A program made the translations under genes and the position numbers. Positions 54,049-61,221 of a stretch of DNA of 64,000 nt are shown piece after piece. The stretch's first letter is position 1; each line of letters begins with the position of its first letter. The DNA comes from Verrucomicrobiota bacterium. GTDB taxonomy: Bacteria > Verrucomicrobiota > Kiritimatiellia > CAIVKH01. Where the stretch lies: NCBI GenBank assembly GCA_024233345.1, contig JACKPT010000006.1, positions 84,959 through 148,958 of the forward strand. The letters are read 5' to 3'. The notes below the pieces were generated by a model. The model was given only the letters and a program-made list of their open reading frames with translations, had not been told where the DNA came from and did not search any database.

Positions 54049-54495
54049 TTAGAATACTGCATGACTCACATACAGGATTATCCGGTTGTCTTCCTTGGTC
54101 AATACGGCCCTGAAGTAGTCATTGTCTGGTTGGTGGCACTGCCTGTCGATTAGGATCGACTCCTTCGGGGGAGGCCACCAATCCACCTTTTCCCCGGGAC
54201 CTCCTGAAATGTTGATGTCTTCGTTCTGAATGGCCTCGATTTGCTTAAGCACGCTATCACTGGCTGCCTCTGGGATTTCCACCCTTGCGACGAATGAGGG
54301 GTCAATCGGAGGGCTGTATCGGAAGTTGAGACCGCGAGTTCCTTGCGGCAGCTTCAGACCACTGTCGTCATTAATCATTTGCATTGCCTCAGGGTCAAAG
54401 GTATCTGGGCCTAGCTCAAACTCCCGGAACCAGCGAGAGTCGCTGCATCCAGCAAGAAGTACGGCGGCAAGGACGCAAAGTATTGCATTTTTCAT
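54049..54495 (-). CDS. hypothetical lipoprotein (island)
   Basis: MKNAILCVLAAVLLAGCSD is a lipobox; 148 aa. It is preceded by CTGACGTTCGGA 7 nt upstream of the ATG. Confidence 0.55.
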   Translation of the reverse strand: MKNAILCVLAAVLLAGCSDSRWFREFELGPDTFDPEAMQMINDDSGLKLPQGTRGLNFRYSPPIDPSFVARVEIPEAASDSVLKQIEAIQNEDINISGGPGEKVDWWPPPKESILIDRQCHQPDNDYFRAVLTKEDNRIILYVSHAVF

Positions 54496-54857
54496 TTTAT
54501 TATCCGAACGTCAGCATTGATGATCATGGACTTGTCCATGTGTCATCGGATGCGCTGTTCTGCCCTTTTGGTCCTGTGATTTCAAACTATCCAAAACCTC
54601 TTGCCACCTCTTCGTCATGCCGGCCTCAGGACCTTTAAAGCGCATCCCGCCTTCGTCGGCAGCAACCCCGTTCTGCTGCGAAGGTGGGAGCAAGATCGCA
54701 GTCGGAAGCGCGGACAGCCTTGTGGGCTGTCAAATCCCGCAAAGCGGGACTTGCCGCCCCCGGCGGCTTACGCTTCCGGGGCGATTCTAGTCCTTGTCCT
54801 GAGGCTGGCAAGACGTTTCCGATCCCAAAAAATCATAACCACCCTAGCAGAACAGGT

Positions 54858-54959
54858 TTATTCCCGGACACCATGTCGCTTATAGCGGTAGGTGGATAAA
54901 CCGAGCCGCTGGGCGCAAATCTTGCGGGGGTGTCCGGAGGGTTTGATTGCTTTGGACAT
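54858..54959 (-). pseudogene. possible transposase N-terminal HTH scrap
   Basis: A 33-codon ORF, MSKAIKPSGHPRKICAQRLGLSTYRYKRHGVRE*. The segment ICAQRLGLSTYRYKR resembles the ...AC..LG.SRS.YY.... HTH found at the N-terminus of IS3/integrase-core transposases. No catalytic part follows. This is weak evidence. Confidence 0.25.
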
Positions 54960-55056
54960 GGGTGCGCGCCACCTCATGGCCTTATGCTGGCGATTTGGCG
55001 GGGGATAATCCAGCCCGAAATCGCAAAATGTCGATTCTGAGTAGTCTCGGGCAAAA

Positions 55057-55168
55057 TCGGGCAATGAGTCATCGATGTCGCGCGTAGCGCCGATCTCCGA
55101 ATGGGCGTTGGCTGTTTCGGCGAGCGGGGTAAGTCCCCGATATGGAAATCGGCGCTACACTCCGGGGG
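55057..55168 (+). repeat. right copy of the 112-bp direct repeat bracketing the island
   Basis: It differs from 47066-47177 at three positions (C/G, C/T, G/C). Confidence 0.9.
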
Positions 55169-55290
55169 AACGACGCTTGGTCCCTCTGGTTTGTCGACTG
55201 CCTCCGGGTCAATGGGTCGATCAAGGGCGGGGGTTCGCGAGCGAGGCGTATTGCCAGGCAGTTGAGCATACCGAGGGCATTGTGCCAGTT

Positions 55291-55367
55291 TTCCAACGCT
55301 TGGAAAAAGAGGCGAAAAAAGTTCCAAAGGCTGGAACTTTTCGGCTGGTCTATTCCAAGGGTTGGAA
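55291..55367. promoter_or_regulatory. three TTCCAA-N3-TTGGAA-type palindromes phased at exactly 31 bp (protein-binding array or hairpin terminators)
   Basis: TTCCAACGCTTGGAA (55291-55305), TTCCAAAGGCTGGAA (55322-55336) and TTCCAAGGGTTGGAA (55353-55367). The spacer sequences are not conserved. The middle site is flanked by A4 and T4-6 runs, so it could be a bidirectional intrinsic terminator for def. Confidence 0.4.
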
Positions 55368-55429
55368 GATTGCGGGGCGAACCTGGTGCGCGGTGGCCTG
55401 TGCCTTTTGCTGCGGAAGCAACGTTGGTG

Positions 55430-55990
55430 TCAACCCGCCGCCAGTTCCGCCTCAGTTTCCGCCTTCAGGCGCTTGAGGCGGTTGCGGATGGAGATTTTCT
55501 TGGCCGGGCTCATGCGATCGATGAACAGCACGCCATTGAGATGATCGACTTCATGTTGGACCACCCGGGCGATGAAGTCATGGACCTCGGTGACATGCTC
55601 CGTGCCTTCGAGATCCTGGTAGGTCAGGCGGATGGATACCGGGCGCACGATATTCCCGCGTAAATCCGGAAAGCTCAGGCAGCCTTCCTCGTGGGAGTCG
55701 GTGCGGCGCGAGGGCTCGGAGATGACCGGGTTGATCAGCACCCACGGCATCGGAATCTCCGGATTGAACCGGGTGCCATCTTCGTCCTGATCATACTCCT
55801 CCGGAACCTCGATCACACAGATGGCCCGGGTCTCCCCAATCTGCTGGGCGGCCAGCCCCACCCCCCGGCTCGCCCGCATGGTTTCGATCATGTCCCCGGC
55901 CAATGACTTGAGCTCATCATCAAACGCGGTTATTTTTTTGAACGATTCCCGCAAAACGGGATCTCCATAGAAGTGTATGGTCCGTATCAC
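55430..55990 (-). CDS. def: peptide deformylase
   Basis: Motifs GVGLAAQQIG, EGCLSFP and QHEVDHLNG are present in order. Confidence 0.93.
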   Translation of the reverse strand: MIRTIHFYGDPVLRESFKKITAFDDELKSLAGDMIETMRASRGVGLAAQQIGETRAICVIEVPEEYDQDEDGTRFNPEIPMPWVLINPVISEPSRRTDSHEEGCLSFPDLRGNIVRPVSIRLTYQDLEGTEHVTEVHDFIARVVQHEVDHLNGVLFIDRMSPAKKISIRNRLKRLKAETEAELAAG

Positions 55991-56106
55991 AAGCGGCCTT
56001 TCATTTCTGCATCCATGGCGACAAGATAAAGGGAAAAACTTCAGGAATCAATCATCCACGGCTTGCGAACCACATCCAAACCCTTCATGATCCAGGCGAT
56101 CCAACT

Positions 56107-56874
56107 ATGAACGACACCCTGATTGTCATCCCGACCTATAATGAAATCGACAACATCCGTCTGATTGCCCAGGCGGTGCATCGTTCGGCGCCCTGGGCGG
56201 ATATCCTGTTTGTCGACGACAGCTCGCCGGATGGCACGGGGGACGTGGCAGACGAGATGGGGCAGCAGGATTCGAGAATCCATGTGCTGCACCGGGAAGC
56301 CAAGCAGGGGCTTGGCCGGGCCTATCTCGCGGGTTTCTCGTGGGCGCTGGAACGGGGATACGAGTTCATCTTTGAGATGGACGCGGACTTTTCCCACGAT
56401 CCGGGAGCCATCCCCAGCTTCCGGGAAGCCGCCAAGCAGGCCGACCTGTGCCTGGGCACCCGCTACAAGGGGGGGATCCGGGTCATTAACTGGCCCCTGT
56501 CCCGCCTGGCCCTGAGCAAAGGCGCGGCCGCGTATGTACAACTGGTCACCGGGATGCCCTTCACCGACCCGACCGGCGGTTACAAATGCTTTCGACGCTC
56601 CGTGCTGGAGGCTCTCAACCTCGATGCCGTCAGCTCCAACGGCTATTCATTCCAGATCGAATTGACCCACAAAGCCTGGATGATGGGGTTTGAGATCGTG
56701 GAGGTTCCCATCACATTCGAAGAGCGGCGCTCGGGAGCCTCCAAGATGAGCGCAGCCATCGTCCGGGAGGCCCTCCGGGTGGTGTGGAAGCTCTATATCG
56801 GGTGCGGATGCCGACGCAGGCCGGTGGCGGGTCGCCACCCGGACAGCATTGTAAACCAGCCAGAGCAGGCATGA
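56107..56874 (+). CDS. GT2 polyprenyl-phosphate hexose synthase (dolichyl/polyprenol-phosphate mannosyltransferase-like)
   Basis: LIVIPTYNEIDNI...ILFVDDSSPDGTG...HREAKQGLGRAYLAGF...FEMDADFSHDP...GGYKCFRR is typical of Dpm1/Ppm1-type GT2 enzymes. Confidence 0.85.
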   Translation: MNDTLIVIPTYNEIDNIRLIAQAVHRSAPWADILFVDDSSPDGTGDVADEMGQQDSRIHVLHREAKQGLGRAYLAGFSWALERGYEFIFEMDADFSHDPGAIPSFREAAKQADLCLGTRYKGGIRVINWPLSRLALSKGAAAYVQLVTGMPFTDPTGGYKCFRRSVLEALNLDAVSSNGYSFQIELTHKAWMMGFEIVEVPITFEERRSGASKMSAAIVREALRVVWKLYIGCGCRRRPVAGRHPDSIVNQPEQA

Positions 56875-57761
56875 AAATCCTTCCCCTGATCCAGGCCCTT
56901 CGGCCCAAGCAGTGGACCAAAAATGCCGTGGTTCTGGCGGCCTTTGTGTTTGCCCTTGGCGATCCCGGCCAGAGCATGGAGCCGGTTCAGGCCCTACGGA
57001 CCGCGCTGGAAGCGATGTTCCTGTTTTGTCTGGTATCGAGTGCGGTCTATTTGCTCAACGATTTGCGCGACAGGGCCTTGGACCGCCAGCATCCGGTCAA
57101 GAAAAACCGACCCATCGCCTCGGGGCAGGTCCGGCCCATCACTGCCCTGGTCACCGCAGGCATCCTGTTGACCGTTGGCCTGACCGGGGCCTATTGGATC
57201 GAACCCAACTTCTTCCTGATTCTCAGCGCCTACCTGGTGCTGCAAATCGCCTACACCCTGAAACTCAAGCAGATCGCCCTGCTGGATATTTTCATCATTG
57301 CTTCGGGCTTTGTGCTGCGGGCCATGGGCGGGGGCTTTGCCATTGGGGTCGCGGTCTCCCCCTGGCTGCTGCTCTGCACCCTGCTGCTGGCCCTGTTTCT
57401 CGCCCTTTGCAAACGCAGACAGGAGCGCATTCATCACGAAACCGGCGACTCCCGCTCCAGACCCTCCCTTCAAGACTACGATGAACAGCTCCTGGATCAA
57501 CTCGTCTCCATGACCGGAGCCGCAACCATGGTCAGCTATGCCCTCTACACCCTGGCCCCGGAAACCGTAGCCAAATTCGGTTCCTACAAGCTTGGATTTA
57601 CCATTCCCTTCGTCATTTTTGGGATTTTCCGCTACCTCGATCTGGTCTACCGCCACAAGAAGGGCGAGCGCCCCGAGCAGGTCCTCCTCACCGATGGGCC
57701 TCTGCTCGTGACGGTGGGCCTGTATGGCCTGACCGCCCTCGGCCTGCTGCTCTGGCTATAG
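56871..57761 (+). CDS. UbiA-superfamily polyprenyl-phosphate phosphoribosyltransferase-like protein (DPPR-synthase-like)
   Basis: LRPKQWTKNAVVLAAFVFA and LNDLRDRALDRQHPVKKNRPIASG (NDxxDxxxD followed by HPxKxxRPxAxG) resemble mycobacterial UbiA/Rv3806c-type enzymes. There are 8-9 TM segments. The ATG overlaps the GT2 stop (ATGA). Confidence 0.75.
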   Translation: MKILPLIQALRPKQWTKNAVVLAAFVFALGDPGQSMEPVQALRTALEAMFLFCLVSSAVYLLNDLRDRALDRQHPVKKNRPIASGQVRPITALVTAGILLTVGLTGAYWIEPNFFLILSAYLVLQIAYTLKLKQIALLDIFIIASGFVLRAMGGGFAIGVAVSPWLLLCTLLLALFLALCKRRQERIHHETGDSRSRPSLQDYDEQLLDQLVSMTGAATMVSYALYTLAPETVAKFGSYKLGFTIPFVIFGIFRYLDLVYRHKKGERPEQVLLTDGPLLVTVGLYGLTALGLLLWL

Positions 57762-57973
57762 TCATCCCGCAAGCCCGCCCCCCCCCGTTGCCTCGACCCT
57801 TGGACGCCAGGTGGCCTCTCTATGCGAGCGGCACGAACTTTTCCCTACGTGTAAATTGAGCATACTTCCGGCCAGAAGGTCTGACCAATGCGGTTCTTGA
57901 CGGGATAAACCCCGGCACCCTACCCTATGCGCTTTCATGTCAGGGGCCTGAAGGCAAAACCGGAGACAAAAAA

Positions 57974-60900
57974 ATGGCTGTCCAAGACGATCAAAATCGA
58001 GCGGGGGATGTTCAGGAGCAGGTGACGCTCGAAGCAACCAACGAATTTTTCAACCGGCAACAGGGTCCCTTTTTCCGCCGCATCGACTGGATGGCCTTTT
58101 TCATCTGTTTCATCATTTCCTTCGGGGTCTATTTCTACACCATGGCCCCCACCGTGACCCTGGAGGATTCCGGAGAGCTGGCGGTCGCCTCCGACTATCT
58201 GGGCGTGCCTCACCCTCCGGGTTACCCGATCTGGACGCTGCTGACCTGGTTTTCCCAGTGGATCTTCCACTGGGTGAAATACTTCGGGGTTCCGGATGGA
58301 AACCTGACCCTGTTGTTCAAATCCTTCGGCGCCCTGTTCACGCCCGGGGTACAAGGCTACCCGAATCCAGCCTGGGGGGTTACCCTGGGGGGATCGGTTT
58401 TCGCCGGGGCTCTCGCCTGTGGTTTTCTCGCTCTGCTGACCAGCCGCTCCGGTGCGGACATCATGCGGGGTTACCGCCGGGCCATGGACGTGATTGGCAT
58501 CCAGTCCGAAAACTGGTTCTGCCTGACCTGTGGGGTGACCGCGGGGCTGCTGTTCGCCTTCAGCCCGGTTCTTTGGTCCCAATCCACCATTGTCGAAGTG
58601 TACAGCCTGAACGCCCTGTTCATGGTGCTGACCATGCTGTTGACCTACCGGTGGATGTGCCGGCCGGAAGAGGATGCAACCCTCTATATCACCGCCTTCA
58701 TCTTTGGTCTCGGCCTGACCAACCACCAAAGCCTGGTCTTTCTCGCCCCCGCCCTGATCATCGGCATCGCCCTGCGCCGGATTGAATTGTTCCGCGATTG
58801 CATGGCCATTCTGATGTGGATGGCCTCGGGCCTGATGTTCTACAAAGCCAGCCAGATCACCGGGACCCCCAGCCCGGAGATGCTTCAGACCAAGCAAACC
58901 CAGATCACCCTCGGCATTCTTCTGCTCATTGCCCCGGGGGCGCTTTTCCTGATCAAGCGACGCCTTCTCACCACCTGGAAACAATATGTTCCCATGGTCC
59001 TGCTGGCTGTGCTGGGCATCTCCTTTTACGCCTACCTCCCGGTTTCCTCGGAACAGAATCCCCCCATGAACTGGGGTTATCCGCGCACACCCGAGGGGTT
59101 CTGGCATGCCCTCAGCCGCGGGCAGTACGAGAAAATTGATCCCGTGGATAACTTTAAGGATGCCGTCGCCAACCCTGCCTATTTCTTCAACCTGGTCGAC
59201 AAGGTGATCTTTGACTTTCGCGATGCCACCTCGGTGGTTGCTCAATACAAGTGGTACCTTGCCCTGTTCATTCTGGTTCCACTGTTTTTCCTCCATCGCA
59301 TCAAGAAGCCCATGCTGGGATGGTTGCTCACCACCTTTGTCGCCTTCTTTTTTCTGACCTTTGTCTTTCTGATCTTCCAGTACCCCAAACCGGATGTGCA
59401 GACCCTGTTCATCGGGCGGGTTCAATACATTCAAGCCCACGCCATCTTTGCGCTGTGGATCGGCTATGGCATGATCTTTACCCTGACCCTGCTCGAGCTG
59501 CTCCTCAAGGGCAACCGCCTGGTCGCGTTGATCGGGATTCCCCTGGTTCTCAGCACCGTGATGATTCCCATCAACCGTAATCAAAATGACGAGGAGTTCA
59601 TTCGGGAAGTCGGCGGTTGCGAACAAAATGGCCACGATTTCGGGTGGCAATTCGGTCACTGGCAACTGGAAGGGGTCAGGGCCTTGGAAAAAGAATTGTC
59701 CGAGGAGGAGTGGGCGAGCTTCCCCACCCCGGATTATCCGCCTCCGATGACCACCAATGCCATCTTTTATGGCGGCACCGACCCCGGCCGGTTTGTCCCC
59801 ACCTACATGATCTATTCCGCCCATGTCCGGGAGGATGTGTACCTGATCACCCAGAACGCCCTCGCCGACAATACCTACATGAACGTCATGCGCGACTTGT
59901 ATGGCGACCGGATCTGGATCCCCTCCCAGCAGGACAGCAACCTCGCCTTCCAGGAGTATGTGCAGGATGTGCAGTCCGGAAAAATCCAGGCCGGGGCCGA
60001 TGTGAACATCGAGAACGGCCGGGTCAGCGTCCAGGGGGTTCAGGGAGTCATGACCATCAATGGCATCCTCGCCCGCAAGATTTTCGATGCCAACAAACAC
60101 ATCCACGACTTTTATGTTGAGGAAAGCTATGTCATCCCCTGGATGTATCCCTTCCTGGAGCCGCACGGGTTGATCATGAAGCTGAACCGGGAGGAACTCC
60201 CGCGCCTCTCCGAGGAGGTGGTCGACAATGACCGCAAGTTCTGGGACTGGTACGTAGACCGTCTGGTTGGCAATGAAAAATTCCACCGGGATGTTGTCGC
60301 GCGCAAAACCTTCTCCAAGCTGCGCAGCGCGATTGCCGGCCTGTACGCGGCCCGCCGCATGTTCCCGGAAAGTGAATATGCCTTCCAACAGGCGATTGAC
60401 CTGTATCCCTTGAGCCCCGAAGCGAATTTCCGTCTCGCCGACATCTATATCCAGCAACTCCGGTTCAAGGAGGCGCGGGACGTCATCGAGACCTTTCTGG
60501 TCGAAGATCCAGGCAATGACCGGGTCGGAGAATTTTTGGAACAGATCAAGCAGTTGGAAACCCGGGATACCCGGCGCCGGGAGCTGGAGGAATCTCTGCG
60601 CGAGGGCGGGGATGTCAATCTTGCTCTCGAGCTGGCGGAGATTTATCGCAGCATGAACATGGGGCCGATGTTCGAGAACCTGACCCAACGGATTTTACAG
60701 CAGGCGAACATGCCCCCCGAGGTCATCCTGCGCATCGCCCAGATGTATGCCGGATCCGGACGGGCCGACCTGTTTGCCAATGCCCTCCAACAGTACTTGC
60801 AGAGAGATCCCAACAATGCCCGGGTGTGGGTGGATCTTGCTGCGGCACAGTTCTCGATGCAGCGCACCGGCGATGGCTTGCAGTCGCTCCGGCGGGCGGT

Positions 60901-61048
60901 TTCCATCGGGGGGCGTGCGATTCAGGATCAGGTCCGGCAGGATCCGCGGTTTGAACCCATCCGCAATGCCCCGGAGTTCCAGGCGATCATCCCCACGGTT
61001 CAGGCCCAGCCCCAGATTCCGTCTAATTTCCGGCTACCGGGATTCTGA
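57974..61048 (+). CDS. DUF2723 (TMEM260-like) GT-C-fold glycosyltransferase with C-terminal TPR repeats
   Basis: MAPTVTLEDSGELAVASDYLGVPHPPGYPIW is the hallmark DUF2723 N-terminal motif. More than 10 TM segments are present. The C-terminal TPR-like part is ...EYAFQQAIDLYPLSPEANFRLADIYIQQ..., ...ALQQYLQRDPNNARVWVDLAAAQ... Confidence 0.8.
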   Translation: MAVQDDQNRAGDVQEQVTLEATNEFFNRQQGPFFRRIDWMAFFICFIISFGVYFYTMAPTVTLEDSGELAVASDYLGVPHPPGYPIWTLLTWFSQWIFHWVKYFGVPDGNLTLLFKSFGALFTPGVQGYPNPAWGVTLGGSVFAGALACGFLALLTSRSGADIMRGYRRAMDVIGIQSENWFCLTCGVTAGLLFAFSPVLWSQSTIVEVYSLNALFMVLTMLLTYRWMCRPEEDATLYITAFIFGLGLTNHQSLVFLAPALIIGIALRRIELFRDCMAILMWMASGLMFYKASQITGTPSPEMLQTKQTQITLGILLLIAPGALFLIKRRLLTTWKQYVPMVLLAVLGISFYAYLPVSSEQNPPMNWGYPRTPEGFWHALSRGQYEKIDPVDNFKDAVANPAYFFNLVDKVIFDFRDATSVVAQYKWYLALFILVPLFFLHRIKKPMLGWLLTTFVAFFFLTFVFLIFQYPKPDVQTLFIGRVQYIQAHAIFALWIGYGMIFTLTLLELLLKGNRLVALIGIPLVLSTVMIPINRNQNDEEFIREVGGCEQNGHDFGWQFGHWQLEGVRALEKELSEEEWASFPTPDYPPPMTTNAIFYGGTDPGRFVPTYMIYSAHVREDVYLITQNALADNTYMNVMRDLYGDRIWIPSQQDSNLAFQEYVQDVQSGKIQAGADVNIENGRVSVQGVQGVMTINGILARKIFDANKHIHDFYVEESYVIPWMYPFLEPHGLIMKLNREELPRLSEEVVDNDRKFWDWYVDRLVGNEKFHRDVVARKTFSKLRSAIAGLYAARRMFPESEYAFQQAIDLYPLSPEANFRLADIYIQQLRFKEARDVIETFLVEDPGNDRVGEFLEQIKQLETRDTRRRELEESLREGGDVNLALELAEIYRSMNMGPMFENLTQRILQQANMPPEVILRIAQMYAGSGRADLFANALQQYLQRDPNNARVWVDLAAAQFSMQRTGDGLQSLRRAVSIGGRAIQDQVRQDPRFEPIRNAPEFQAIIPTVQAQPQIPSNFRLPGF

Positions 61049-61221
61049 GGCACAGCAGGGATGGTGAGTGGTAAGTTGGGATCGGAACAAGCTCCAGAGC
61101 GATAAACCTGAAGCCATGCTCTAGAGCCGCTTAAGGTAAACTGTAGCCGTTCGGTTTGTCACGGGCAGGCCCGGTGAACCCTGTATGGCTGCGGCATTAC
61201 TTAAACGGCTCTAAAGACAAA

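Noticed and set aside
47178-55056. The island as a polymorphic-toxin/immunity array, a prophage or a defence system.
   Set aside because: I recognise no toxin, nuclease, ATPase, phage structural gene, integrase or known defence-gene signature in any of the eight ORFs. The only mobile-element genes are the group II intron RT and a 33-codon HTH scrap. The idea remains speculation and is mentioned only as such.
55142-55663. The 173-aa plus-strand ORF spanning the right repeat, the palindrome triplet and the 3' end of def.
   Set aside because: Its C-terminal half is antisense to the well-supported def gene. Its N-terminal half is translated from repeat and palindrome DNA. No family resemblance was seen.
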